The translations under genes and the position numbers were made by a program. A stretch of DNA of 64,000 bases. Source: Clostridia bacterium. GTDB taxonomy: Bacteria > Bacillota > Clostridia > Christensenellales > Aristaeellaceae. The stretch is from NCBI GenBank assembly GCA_017470145.1, contig JAFUFB010000029.1, forward strand, positions 8,766 through 72,765. The letters run 5' to 3'. Below are positions 51,527-61,439 of the stretch, piece after piece. Positions within the stretch are counted from its first letter, which is position 1. Every line of letters starts with the position of its first letter. The notes beneath the pieces were generated by a model. That model saw only the letters and a list, made by a program, of their open reading frames with translations, searched no databases and was not told the origin of the DNA.

Positions 51527-52609
51527 TTATAGATGAATCCGATTTTCGGTTTCGGCGTCGAAGAGGTAGACATTTTCCAAGGGGACGTAGAAGGTGAGGG
51601 GGATATCCGTTTCGGGGGTATCATGGCTGTCCACCTTCAGGATGGCCTGATCCTGGCCGGCGGTGATGTAGATATTGGTGTTATCACCCAGCATTTCCGT
51701 CAACTCCACCTGGCTGTCGATCTGATAGGCATCCTCTCGGGGCTGCAGGGAGATGTGCTCCGGCCGGAAGCCCAGGACGATTTCCTTGCCCTCATAGGCC
51801 TTGGCCTGGGCACCCATCTTCCGGGTCAGATCCAGCTTGTTCTCGCCGAAGGTGATGGCGCCGCCCTGCACCTTGCCGCGGATGAAATTCATGGGCGGCT
51901 CGCCGATGAATCCGGCGACGAAAATGTTTTCCGGCTCGTAATACAGCTGATAGGGCGTGCCCACCTGCTGGATGTATCCCGCCTTCATGACGACGATGCG
52001 ATCCGCCAGGGTCATGGCCTCCGTCTGGTCATGGGTGACATAAATGGTGGTGGCGCCGGTTTCCTGATGAATCTGGGCGATCTCATAGCGCATGGTGACG
52101 CGCTGCTTGGCGTCCAGGTTGGACAGGGGTTCGTCCATAAGGAAGACACCCACCTTCCGGATAATGGCCCGTCCGATGGCCACCCGCTGGCGCTGACCGC
52201 CGGACAGGGCCCGGGGCAGGCGATCCAGATAATCCGTGAGGCCCAGGATGGCCGCGGTCTTCTTAACCCGCTCCTCAATGATATCCTCGTCCACGCCCTG
52301 CAGGGTGAGGCCGAAGGCGATGTTGTCGAAAACCGTCATCTGGGGATAGAGAGCATAGCTCTGGAACACCATGGCGATTTCCCGCTCCCGGGGGCCCATC
52401 TCGTTGGCCCGTTTGCCGTCGATGAGGAACTCACCGCTGGAGATATCCTCCAGCCCGGCGATCATCCGCAGAGTGGTGGACTTGCCGCAGCCGGAGGAGC
52501 CGACGAAGACGATGAACTCGCCCTTCTCGATTTCCAGGTTGAAGTTATGCACCGCATGGAAACCGTTGGGATAAATCTTGTTCACGTTTTTCAGGGTTAA
52601 GTAAGCCAT
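51527..52609 (-). CDS. Sugar ABC transporter ATP-binding protein (MalK/MsmX type)
   Basis: GSSGCGKST, MVFQSYALYP, LSGGQRQR, FLMDEPLSNLD, VTHDQ. Confidence 0.95.
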   Translation of the reverse strand: MAYLTLKNVNKIYPNGFHAVHNFNLEIEKGEFIVFVGSSGCGKSTTLRMIAGLEDISSGEFLIDGKRANEMGPREREIAMVFQSYALYPQMTVFDNIAFGLTLQGVDEDIIEERVKKTAAILGLTDYLDRLPRALSGGQRQRVAIGRAIIRKVGVFLMDEPLSNLDAKQRVTMRYEIAQIHQETGATTIYVTHDQTEAMTLADRIVVMKAGYIQQVGTPYQLYYEPENIFVAGFIGEPPMNFIRGKVQGGAITFGENKLDLTRKMGAQAKAYEGKEIVLGFRPEHISLQPREDAYQIDSQVELTEMLGDNTNIYITAGQDQAILKVDSHDTPETDIPLTFYVPLENVYLFDAETENRIHL

Positions 52610-52615
52610 AGGTGT

Positions 52616-53749
52616 TTACCTCCTCTTAATCTCCGTGTAGCACATCAGCAGCGGGGCGACGCCCTTGGCGTCGTTCTGCACAATGGGTTCGGAGAGGTAA
52701 TAGGCGATGGAGCCATCCCGGCGGTGATCTTTTTCTGGGCCCAGGCCCGCCACCAGGCAGATATGATTCAGGTTCAGCTCCTCTCCCGTGAAGGAAAGGT
52801 TGGTGCGGACAATGCCGTCGAAGGTCTTCTGTCCCTGCTCCGCGAAAAGGGGTTCCAGAATCCCCAGGCGGGCGCCCTTCAGCATGGAGTATGCGATCAT
52901 GGAGCTGCCGCTGGTTTCCAGGTAATTGCCCTCCGCCTCCGGATGATCCACTACCTGGAAATACATGCCGGTTTCCTCATCAGCGAAGGGAAGCAGATCC
53001 CGCATCAGCTGGGAGAAAACTTCCTTCAGGGGCACGGAATCCTGCTCCGGCAGAATTTCGCACAGGTCGATCAGCGCCACGGAGAACCAGCCGATGGCTC
53101 GGAGCCAGAAGTTCTGGCTGAGCCCGGTGTCCTGATCGCACCAGAAGGCGGATCGGGAGGCGTCGTAGCCATGGTAATACAGGCCGGTTTTCGCGTCTCG
53201 CATATGCTGGCGGACCACGCCGACCTGCCGCAGGATGTCGCTGTAATCCCCGGCGCCGAAGGTTTTTTCATACAGGGCGGCAAAGGGCTGGGCCATGTAA
53301 ATGCCATCCAGCCAAACCTGGTTGGGATAAATCTGCTTATGCCACCAGGAGCCTTCCTCCGTGCGGGGCTGGGCGTCCAATTCCGCCCGGAGGAAATCCG
53401 CCGCCTTGCGGTACTTTTCCTTGCATGTGGCGGCATACAGGGCGAAGAGCACCCGGCCCTCGTTGATGTCATCCAAGGCATGCCCCTCGCTCTTGTAGGT
53501 GCGGATGGAGCCGTCCTCATTGACAAAAGCGTCGATGAAGGATTCCACAAAGTCGAAATAACGCTGCTCACCAGTGATCTCGTACAGGGAGAGCAGGGCG
53601 GTCATCATGCAGCCGTCGATATAATTCCAGTTGGTGGGCACCCCCTGGCGAAGCTTCTCCACATTCCAGATGGTATGGGAAGGGGAGGATTCGGTGATCA
53701 GGCGATGGACATACTGGTCCAGGGCGGCGTAGGTTCCGTTGTTTGACAA
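52616..53749 (-). CDS. GH105 unsaturated (rhamno)galacturonyl hydrolase (YteR/YesR-like)
   Basis: WNYIDG, LDDIN, WHKQIYPNQVWLDGIYMAQPF, GLYYHGYD, FWLRAIGW, NYLETSGS, RDGS..YY, NDAKG. Confidence 0.92.
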   Translation of the reverse strand: MSNNGTYAALDQYVHRLITESSPSHTIWNVEKLRQGVPTNWNYIDGCMMTALLSLYEITGEQRYFDFVESFIDAFVNEDGSIRTYKSEGHALDDINEGRVLFALYAATCKEKYRKAADFLRAELDAQPRTEEGSWWHKQIYPNQVWLDGIYMAQPFAALYEKTFGAGDYSDILRQVGVVRQHMRDAKTGLYYHGYDASRSAFWCDQDTGLSQNFWLRAIGWFSVALIDLCEILPEQDSVPLKEVFSQLMRDLLPFADEETGMYFQVVDHPEAEGNYLETSGSSMIAYSMLKGARLGILEPLFAEQGQKTFDGIVRTNLSFTGEELNLNHICLVAGLGPEKDHRRDGSIAYYLSEPIVQNDAKGVAPLLMCYTEIKRR

Positions 53750-53766
53750 AGGATTGGTCCTTCCTT

Positions 53767-54468
53767 TCAGGCTTTCTGTTTCGCGTCAAAAAGGATGCGC
53801 ATGCATAGCTGCTTGGCACCCAGGAACAGGAGATCCCACAGGGTGGTGATGACGCCAAAGAGGATGGGCTCCACCCCCAGGGCCGGTGCCGCGCTGTCCG
53901 GGCCGGCCAGGAGCAGGTTGATCCCGTTGTAGGTCATGATCGTACAGAGAATGAGGACCATGGCGTACAGAATGTCAGCGGGGAGGAAGGCCAGGCTCTT
54001 GCCGGGGAACATCATCCATCGGTCATAGGCACCTTCCTGCTTCGCGGTGAAGCGATAAATATTATTGGTCAGCAGGTGCGTGGCTCCCCCAAGAACAACG
54101 CCCAGGATGAAGATCAGATCCCACTGATTCAAGGCCAGGGTGCTGAGCCCCCAGATGAAGAAATAGCAGATGACGCCGGCGAACCAGACCTTCAGCAGAA
54201 TCGCCTTGACCCAGTCAGCCACATGAACCTTGGGCCCGGCGTGATACTTCCGCAACTCCTGCCGGGAAACCGGGGGAGAATTCTCCGGGTTGGCGGTGAC
54301 CAGATCCTCCACCGCCTGGAGCTTCAGCTTGTAATAATCCGGCTCCGCCGGAGCGGTGGGCGTTTCAGCTGTGGGAATCTCCCGCTTGTCCGCCAGGGAA
54401 GCACCATGGGGAAAGGGCAGCTTCTCATGCTTCGGGGCCGGGGAGGAAACCTTCTTTTTCTTCGCCAT
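53767..54468 (-). CDS. Hypothetical membrane protein (about 4 TM, hydrophilic N-terminus)
   Basis: 233-aa ORF tightly packed in the operon; hydrophobic stretches (VWFAGVICYFFIWGL, LIFILGVVLGG, ILYAMVLILC, ILFGVITTLWDLLF). Confidence 0.75.
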   Translation of the reverse strand: MAKKKKVSSPAPKHEKLPFPHGASLADKREIPTAETPTAPAEPDYYKLKLQAVEDLVTANPENSPPVSRQELRKYHAGPKVHVADWVKAILLKVWFAGVICYFFIWGLSTLALNQWDLIFILGVVLGGATHLLTNNIYRFTAKQEGAYDRWMMFPGKSLAFLPADILYAMVLILCTIMTYNGINLLLAGPDSAAPALGVEPILFGVITTLWDLLFLGAKQLCMRILFDAKQKA

Positions 54469-54472
54469 ACCC

Positions 54473-55030
54473 TTATTCCTGAGAAATATCGATGGCGGCC
54501 ATGTCTCCGCTGGATTCCACGTTGATGTTGGTGTTGATCTTCTTCAGCAGCGGCTTGTACACCGGCAGCAGCGCCGTCAGGGCCAGACCGCAGACCAGGA
54601 TCCACTGATGCACGTTCAGCACATGCTGGGCGTTGGCGACGAAGGCATTTTTTCCGGTGGGATCAATGCGGTTGTCCTCCCGGGTGAGGGCGGTGGTAAT
54701 GCGCCCACCGTAATAGATGTCGCAATAGATGAGCCCGCAGACCATGATCAGCATCAGAATCAGCATGGGCTTATTGACCTTCTTCCGATGGGGGAAGGAA
54801 TTCAGGAAGCACACCAGGCTCAGGGTTGAGAAGAGCATGGTGGCGAATTCCGTCAGCCCCATATGAGGCCCGTTGATCAGGGCCGTGGTGTTGGAAATCT
54901 GGGTCAGGTTGAAGGAATAATACAGGAAGGCGAAGAGGAACACGATCAGGGGGATCATGTCCGGCTTCCGCTTTAGCGCCACCAGGCGCTTACGGCCGAA
55001 TTCACGCAGGCCGGAAGGATTCTTAGCCAT
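54473..55030 (-). CDS. Hypothetical membrane protein (about 4 TM)
   Basis: 185-aa ORF, RBS inside the upstream gene end, four hydrophobic segments. Confidence 0.75.
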   Translation of the reverse strand: MAKNPSGLREFGRKRLVALKRKPDMIPLIVFLFAFLYYSFNLTQISNTTALINGPHMGLTEFATMLFSTLSLVCFLNSFPHRKKVNKPMLILMLIMVCGLIYCDIYYGGRITTALTREDNRIDPTGKNAFVANAQHVLNVHQWILVCGLALTALLPVYKPLLKKINTNINVESSGDMAAIDISQE

Positions 55031-55033
55031 GGA

Positions 55034-56107
55034 TTATTCCGCCTCCTTTCGGATGGCATTGGTGGTCTCCGGATCAAAGAAGTGCATCCGGGTAAAGTGA
55101 ATCGGAACCAGATCGTTGAGCTTGTACTCGCTCCAGCCCCGCAGCTTGGCGGTAATATGGTTGCCATCGCCCATAGCGCCGTGAACCAGGGTGTTCATGC
55201 CCAGATTCTCGTTGGTGGACACCTTGATGCGCAGCTCTCCGCCCTCGGCGATATCCTCCGGACGAACCCCCAGGGTAATCTTCTTATGCTGATAGGGGGC
55301 CAGGAGGGCCTTTTGCTCGTCGGAAAGGGGCACCTGGAAGCCCTTGCCCTTCAGGACGCCCTCTTCGAACACGGTGTCAAACATGTTCATGGGAGGCAGG
55401 CCGATGAAGGTGGCCACGAAGATGTTGTTGGGTCGGTCATACAGCTCCAGGGGGGTGCCGATCTGCTGCACATGGCCCATGGACATGCAGACGATGCGGT
55501 CCGCCAGGGTCAGGGCCTCGGTCTGATCATGGGTGACGTACAGGATGGTGGCGTTGAGGCGTTTGTGCAGCAGCAGAATCTCCCGCCGGGTGGCGCTGCG
55601 CAGCTTGGCGTCCAGGTTGGACAGGGGCTCGTCGAAGAGGAACACCTTGGGGTTCCGGACGATGGCCCGGCCCATGGCCACGCGCTGCCGCTGGCCGCCG
55701 GAAAGCTGGCTAGGCTTCTTGTTCAGCTGGGCTGTCAAGTCCAGAATCTCAGCCGCGGCCAGCACCTTCTTATGAATCACATTGGGATCTTCCTTCCGCA
55801 GGGTCAGGGAGAAGGCCATGTTCTCATAGATGGTCATGTGGCCATAGAGGGCATAGTTCTGGAACACCATGGCCATATCCCGATCCTTAGCGGGGGCCTG
55901 AGTGATGTCCTTGCCATCCAGGAGCAGATGGCCCCGGGAGATATCCTCCAGCCCGGCCACCATCCGCAGGGTGGTGGATTTTCCGCAGCCGGAAGGGCCT
56001 ACCAGGACGATCAGCTCGCCGTCCTTCACGTCCAGGTTAAAGTCATAGACCGCCTGCACGTTGTTGTCATAAATCTTATCCAGATGCTGCAGTTGAAGCT
56101 CAGCCAT
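55034..56107 (-). CDS. Sugar ABC transporter ATP-binding protein (MalK/MsmX type)
   Basis: GPSGCGKST, MVFQNYALY, LSGGQRQR, FLFDEPLSNLD, VTHDQ. Confidence 0.95.
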   Translation of the reverse strand: MAELQLQHLDKIYDNNVQAVYDFNLDVKDGELIVLVGPSGCGKSTTLRMVAGLEDISRGHLLLDGKDITQAPAKDRDMAMVFQNYALYGHMTIYENMAFSLTLRKEDPNVIHKKVLAAAEILDLTAQLNKKPSQLSGGQRQRVAMGRAIVRNPKVFLFDEPLSNLDAKLRSATRREILLLHKRLNATILYVTHDQTEALTLADRIVCMSMGHVQQIGTPLELYDRPNNIFVATFIGLPPMNMFDTVFEEGVLKGKGFQVPLSDEQKALLAPYQHKKITLGVRPEDIAEGGELRIKVSTNENLGMNTLVHGAMGDGNHITAKLRGWSEYKLNDLVPIHFTRMHFFDPETTNAIRKEAE

Positions 56108-56119
56108 TTTGCTTCCTCC

Positions 56120-56599
56120 TTACGCATTCGCTGCTTCCAAAGAAGCAATATGAGCGGTGAGCGCCTTGCTCTTTTGCCAATTGATGACGCCGCTGGCGAT
56201 CAGGCAAACCGCGGACAGGGCCAGATAGATGATCATGCGGATGAACTGTCCGTCTCCCATGACCTGGGCGCCGGAAACCACGGCCTGATGGGCCTGAACG
56301 GGGTAGATAAAGATCCGAATGATCTGCCCGCAGCCCAGGGCCAGCAGCAGCCAGGAATAGCTGCGCTGGTAGTTCTTCACGCCCTCCGAGGCCAGGAAAG
56401 TGGCCAGCAGGAAGACCAGATTATAGATGATGGAAGCGCCGATGAGGATGGTGTAATAGTAATTCCCCACATCGGACTTATACAGACTGATAAAGAAGAG
56501 CACATCGAAGACGATCGCCAGAATCGCCAGGCGGGAAGAGGTGGTATTCTTCGTATAGCGCATGCGGTCCAGCCGCGTATATTCCTCGTTCATTTTCAT
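56120..56599 (-). CDS. Hypothetical membrane protein (about 4 TM, 159 aa)
   Basis: ATG at 56599 overlaps the upstream TGA (ATGA), GGAAAGG RBS; four hydrophobic segments. Confidence 0.75.
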   Translation of the reverse strand: MKMNEEYTRLDRMRYTKNTTSSRLAILAIVFDVLFFISLYKSDVGNYYYTILIGASIIYNLVFLLATFLASEGVKNYQRSYSWLLLALGCGQIIRIFIYPVQAHQAVVSGAQVMGDGQFIRMIIYLALSAVCLIASGVINWQKSKALTAHIASLEAANA

Positions 56600-57186
56600 G
56601 CCGCCTTTCCGGCCAGCAGGGCCTGTTCTCCCCGCATGAGCCTTCTTTTCCAGATTACATTCAAAGTCAGCAGCGCGGCCGCAAGCAGGACCAGCGCGAA
56701 AACCAGATAATGGGCGTCGAACCAGAAGGTGGAACTCGCCGTGAGATTGGGCGTCTCCCAGATGGAGGACCACATCTCCAGGGCGTCAAAATCAAGAGTG
56801 GTGACAAATTGGGTCTTAAAGGCGGCGATCTGCAAATGTGCCCAAATGGCGACTGCGACCTCCGCGATGACATTGACGCAGGTGGCAAAATAATTGCCTA
56901 CATAGTACTTTCTTCGGCTGCTGGTGCCCGTAATAAACAGCAGGGTAGCCAGCAGAATCAGCGCGATGGACGCGATGAGCAGCTGATGGTTGAAGGGCTG
57001 CATATCATAATAGATGATGGAGCCGGGAACGTCGGTCTCTTCCAGATTATCCGGGTTCCTCATCATGGGATAGAGGCTGTCATACAGATCTGTCAGCATC
57101 CCCAGAGAATAGACGAAGACAAGCGCGGCGACGATCAACGCGCATAGGCAGATGACCCGCTGCAGCTTCATTTGCTTCTTATACAT
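56596..57186 (-). CDS. Hypothetical membrane protein (about 4 TM, 196 aa)
   Basis: ORF with AGGGGG RBS directly after the binding-protein gene; four hydrophobic segments. Confidence 0.75.
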   Translation of the reverse strand: MYKKQMKLQRVICLCALIVAALVFVYSLGMLTDLYDSLYPMMRNPDNLEETDVPGSIIYYDMQPFNHQLLIASIALILLATLLFITGTSSRRKYYVGNYFATCVNVIAEVAVAIWAHLQIAAFKTQFVTTLDFDALEMWSSIWETPNLTASSTFWFDAHYLVFALVLLAAALLTLNVIWKRRLMRGEQALLAGKAA

Positions 57187-57290
57187 GACGATTCCCCCTG
57201 ACTTTGATTTTCCTCACCCCGCCCGCAGAGAAGCGGGCGGGGGAGGAAAGCGCTAAATAGATTGTGAGATCCGAAGATCTTTCCTTGGAA

Positions 57291-59327
57291 TTACTTCAGG
57301 CTCTCGTAGTAGGTCAACAGCTTCTTCCAGGCAGCTTCCTTCAGCGCCAGGTACTGCTTGCCATGCCAATCGCCGGTAACTTCCGCCGCCTGCTCTTCCG
57401 CAGACTTGGTCAGGCCGGAGAGGATGGTATCCACGAACAGGTTCTCGCCGCCCTTGGAGGAGGAGAACTTGCCGTTGGAGGTCAGCTCCGCATAGGAGTT
57501 GATCATGTCGGTTTCGGTCTTGCTGTTGGGCAGCACGGTGGGGATGGAGGTGTACCAGGGATTCTCAGCAACCTCCAGCAGCGGGTGCTTGATGGTGCCC
57601 AGACCGATGGCGGTGGAGATGTAGCCGGCGCCTTCCTTGCCGACTTCGTGAGTGCACTGATACTCGAAAGCCTGGCTCTTCACGAAGGACAGGGTGGAGC
57701 CCAGATACATACGGGCATAGTTGGTGTAGTTACCATTGGCCTTTTCCCACAGCTCAGCATAGGTGGCGTCCGCGATGACGGGCATTTCCTTGCCGTTGAA
57801 GAGGAAGGTTTCGCCTTCCTTGATGAAGGCGGCGGGGCCGTAGCTCATCAGGATCTGGCCTTCTTCGGAGTAGGCGTAGTCGATCAGGGCCAGGGCCTTG
57901 TCGAGAGCGCCGGGGTTGGCTTCCACGCCAGCCTTGGAGATGGCCCATGCGTCGGTCTTGACGGAACGCCAGGACTCGGTAAACCGCATGAAGACGCCAT
58001 CCTCAGAGGTGCCGTCGAACCACTTGGCCACGGGCACCATGATCGCCATGTACTTCTCGCCATCCTGCAGCTTGGTGGCGTTCATAACGGTCTGGGTCTG
58101 GTTGTAGTCATAGGACATGAAGCCGTTGTCGTTCTCCAGATAGGTGGAGGAATTCTCTTCGGCGGAGTCGATGAACGCCTGGGAGATCAGACCTTCAGCA
58201 GCGATGTCATGCATCTTGGCCAGGGCTTCGTAAGCGGCGGCATCCTGACGGGCATCCTGCAGGCTGCCATCGGTGCCGAAGTACAGGTAATCCTGACGGG
58301 ATTCCATGCCGCGGACGCCGAACAGATGGCCGGCCAGACGGAACATATCCACCCGGCGCTGGTTGTTGTTATCCTCGCGGGAGAACAGGCCCTGGATGGA
58401 ATCGGTGCCGTTCAGGGTCTGGGCATTGGCGACCACGCAGCGCAGCAGAGCGACCATTTCGTCCGCGTCCCAGGCAGCGTTCTGGCCAACGAACAGGTTG
58501 GAACGGGTGGTTCCATAGTATCCATTGTAGGTCTTGTCGATATACTCACGGAGCATATTGACTGCTTCCACGCCGGAGATGGCGCCGGCTTCGTTCATCT
58601 TCGCGATGATGTTGCCATAGGCGTCATAATCCTTGGTGACGATTTCGGTGGCAGTGCCGTCCAGGGTGGGGGTCTCAATCTCGACCTTGCCGCTGGTGGG
58701 CATGTAGGGGGTGTACACGGGGGCAGCGGTGGTGCTGGCGGCTTCCGCGGTGAATTCACCTTCGCCGTCCAGCAGCTTGGCCGCGTAGTCCACGCGCATC
58801 AGGGGCATCCGCTCGATGTCATCCACGCCGTCGAAATAGGGGCTGAAGTAGATGGCGCCAGTGGTGGTGTTGCCCATGATGGACAGCCGCACGATGGGGT
58901 TGGCTTCCAGATAAGCCTTGAAGTTGGGCAGCTGATCGAAGTATTCAGCCAGGTTGACCAGGGAGCCGTTCTCGCCGTACTCGTTCAGGGTGGTGGCGGG
59001 GCCGGACACCATGTCCACTTCGTTCAGACGGTCTACCCAGTACTCGAACTCCTTGCTGGAGCTGTTGCCCTGGTACTTGCTGTCGAACTTCACGTCCAGA
59101 ATTTCTTCCAGCGCAACCCAGGTGGGCTTCAGGTCGCCGGCGTTGTAGGTTTTGCCGTCGGCCAGGGTGATGCCTTCGCCAGCGGTTTCGGAGTCGAAGG
59201 TGATGCCGGTCTTGGCGCTGTTATAGCCAGTGGCCATGCGCAGCGTCACGGTGCTTTCCGCGCCCGCGACGGCGACCATGGAGATCAGCATCGCGGCACA
59301 CAGAATCAGAGACAGGATCCGTTTCAT
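57291..59327 (-). CDS. ABC transporter solute-binding protein (large, 678 aa)
   Basis: Signal peptide ending AGA; LVNLAEYFDQLPNFKAYL, GAIYFSPY, ALALIDYAYSEEG; follows two permeases. Confidence 0.85.
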   Translation of the reverse strand: MKRILSLILCAAMLISMVAVAGAESTVTLRMATGYNSAKTGITFDSETAGEGITLADGKTYNAGDLKPTWVALEEILDVKFDSKYQGNSSSKEFEYWVDRLNEVDMVSGPATTLNEYGENGSLVNLAEYFDQLPNFKAYLEANPIVRLSIMGNTTTGAIYFSPYFDGVDDIERMPLMRVDYAAKLLDGEGEFTAEAASTTAAPVYTPYMPTSGKVEIETPTLDGTATEIVTKDYDAYGNIIAKMNEAGAISGVEAVNMLREYIDKTYNGYYGTTRSNLFVGQNAAWDADEMVALLRCVVANAQTLNGTDSIQGLFSREDNNNQRRVDMFRLAGHLFGVRGMESRQDYLYFGTDGSLQDARQDAAAYEALAKMHDIAAEGLISQAFIDSAEENSSTYLENDNGFMSYDYNQTQTVMNATKLQDGEKYMAIMVPVAKWFDGTSEDGVFMRFTESWRSVKTDAWAISKAGVEANPGALDKALALIDYAYSEEGQILMSYGPAAFIKEGETFLFNGKEMPVIADATYAELWEKANGNYTNYARMYLGSTLSFVKSQAFEYQCTHEVGKEGAGYISTAIGLGTIKHPLLEVAENPWYTSIPTVLPNSKTETDMINSYAELTSNGKFSSSKGGENLFVDTILSGLTKSAEEQAAEVTGDWHGKQYLALKEAAWKKLLTYYESLK

Positions 59328-59394
59328 GTGGGATTCCTCCTTAAAAAATTATTCCAACACCTGTTGAACATTTCATAGGTGTAGAAACCATAGA

Positions 59395-60285
59395 TTACTC
59401 TTTTACGCCGCCCGCATTTGTCCCCTTCGCGAAGTATTTCTGAATGAAGGGGTAAATGATCAGAATCGGGATAATGGAGCAGACGATGAGGGCGAAGATG
59501 ACGGAATCCGCCGCGTAATTCTCCGTCCAGGTGGCCAGCTGCTCCAGGTCAGTATACTGCTCCAGCTTGTTCCGAATGAACACCTGCAGGGGCTGCTCAT
59601 TGGTGTTGGAGATCATCTGGCGGGCCCAGAAGTAACCGTTCCAGCGGCTGATGGCAAAGAACAGGGCCACGGTGGCGATGGTGGATTTGCTCATGGGAAT
59701 AAATACCTTGGACAGAACCTGCATTTCGGTGGCGCCGTCCACGATGGCGGCCTCCTCAATTTCGGAGGGCACGCCCTCAAAGGCGTTGCGCAGCAGGATG
59801 ATGTTCATGGCCGCCATACCCATGGCGATGACCACCAGCCACTTATCGTCCATGATGCCCATGCTGCTGAAGACCTGCTTGGTGGCGATATAGTTCAGAT
59901 ACTGAGGCACGATGCCGGCGCTGAACCACATGGTGAACACCAGGAAGAAGTTAAAGAACTTCCGGAACAGCAGCCGCTTCTTGCTCAGGGCGTAGCCGCC
60001 CAGAATGGCTACGAACAGGGACCAGACGGTACCGTAAATGGTCAGGAACAGCGTGTTGGAATAGGAATTCCAGAACTCGTTGCTGTTGAACATATAGCGG
60101 AAGGCGTCGAACTGGACAGCCTTGGGCAACAGGATGATCTCCTTATACTCCACCGCGTGCCGACCGGAGATGGAGGCGGCGATGGCGTACAGGAAGGGAT
60201 ACAGGCACAGCAGGGCGAACACCGTCAAGAAGGTGTAAGCCAGGATTTTAAAGATCAGCTCGGAAATTTCAAGCTTGCGTTTCAT
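59395..60285 (-). CDS. Carbohydrate ABC transporter permease (LplC-like)
   Basis: TMWFSAGIVP, EEAAIVDGA, RWNGYF, YPFIQKYFAKG. Confidence 0.93.
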   Translation of the reverse strand: MKRKLEISELIFKILAYTFLTVFALLCLYPFLYAIAASISGRHAVEYKEIILLPKAVQFDAFRYMFNSNEFWNSYSNTLFLTIYGTVWSLFVAILGGYALSKKRLLFRKFFNFFLVFTMWFSAGIVPQYLNYIATKQVFSSMGIMDDKWLVVIAMGMAAMNIILLRNAFEGVPSEIEEAAIVDGATEMQVLSKVFIPMSKSTIATVALFFAISRWNGYFWARQMISNTNEQPLQVFIRNKLEQYTDLEQLATWTENYAADSVIFALIVCSIIPILIIYPFIQKYFAKGTNAGGVKE

Positions 60286-60307
60286 AGATCCTTTCCCCTC
60301 CCTTCCC

Positions 60308-61375
60308 TTAGTACAGACTCACGTTGGAGGCCTTGCGGGCGATGGTGTTAGCGCCGATGACCAGCAGCATGCCGACCACGTTGTTCATCATTTCCGCCGC
60401 GGAGGCCAGGCCGCTCTGGCTGCCCTTGATACGCCAGGCGAAGGTGGAAACCACTTCCGCCGTCTGATAGGCGGCGATGCGGCCTTCGCTCAGCAGCAGG
60501 ACCTTCTCGTAGCCGATGCTCAGCATGGAGCCGATTCGGGTGATCAGCATGATGACGATGGTGGACAGTATGGAGGGCAGCACCACGTATCTCATTTGGG
60601 CCCACTTGCCGGCGCCGTCGATCTGGGCGGCTTCGTAGCTGGTGGGGGAGATGGCGATGATGGCCGCGAAGAAGACGATGCTGTCATAGCCCGCCGTCTC
60701 CCAGATGCCGGAGATTTGATAAATCGCCCGGAAATACTGGGGATTGTTCAGCAGGCCGTTCTGCGCCGCATCCTGGGAAATGAGCCCCAGAGAGGCCAGG
60801 GCCTGGGAAACGATGCCCGGCGGGGTGTTGCTGGCGGCGGAGCCCTGCTTGATCAGCATGACTACCAGGGAGGTCATAACGACGGTGGACATGAACTTCG
60901 GCAGATAGGTCATGACCTGATAGGCGCTGCGCAGCAGGTCGCTGCGGATTTCATTGAAGAACAGCGCCAGGATGATGGGCATGGGGAAACCAAACAGCAG
61001 GCCATAGAAGCTCAGCAGGAAGGTATTCCGCATGGCGCGCCAAAAATCCGTGCTCAGGCCGGAATAGGTCCCGGAGCCCAGCAGCAGGCCCTTGAAGTTG
61101 GAGAAGCCTTTAAAGTATTGCTCCGCCACGGGCTTGACTGCGTCATCCACCTTGAAGGAGCCCAGCAGCTCGTACATGGGCAGGTAACGCCAGAAAAGGA
61201 ACACCAGAATCGTGGGCACCAGCATCAGATAAAGACGCCAGTCCTTCAGAATGGTGCGCCCGACGTGAAGCCAATAGTGCTTTTCCACATCGTCCCGAAC
61301 CACCTGTTCCGGATCCTCCCGCCACTGGCCCGTGGCTTCGTCCAGGATTAAATAATCCCCTGCCGAATGCTTCAT
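60308..61375 (-). CDS. Carbohydrate ABC transporter permease (LplB-like)
   Basis: YLPMY, FPMPIILALFFNE, YEAAQIDGA; ATG at 61375 after GGAGG. Confidence 0.92.
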   Translation of the reverse strand: MKHSAGDYLILDEATGQWREDPEQVVRDDVEKHYWLHVGRTILKDWRLYLMLVPTILVFLFWRYLPMYELLGSFKVDDAVKPVAEQYFKGFSNFKGLLLGSGTYSGLSTDFWRAMRNTFLLSFYGLLFGFPMPIILALFFNEIRSDLLRSAYQVMTYLPKFMSTVVMTSLVVMLIKQGSAASNTPPGIVSQALASLGLISQDAAQNGLLNNPQYFRAIYQISGIWETAGYDSIVFFAAIIAISPTSYEAAQIDGAGKWAQMRYVVLPSILSTIVIMLITRIGSMLSIGYEKVLLLSEGRIAAYQTAEVVSTFAWRIKGSQSGLASAAEMMNNVVGMLLVIGANTIARKASNVSLY

Positions 61376-61439
61376 GCACATTCCTCCGTTCATCCGCCGC
61401 CGAGGGGCGGCAAATTCGTAGTAACACCGTGAAAAGAAA

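Noticed and set aside
57264-59378. 704-aa ORF antisense to the binding-protein gene, and similar long shadows (2571-4094, 4393-5955, 18024-19544, 29162-30943, 33202-34887, 55082-56710)
   Set aside because: Mirror-frame shadows of well-supported genes in high-GC DNA
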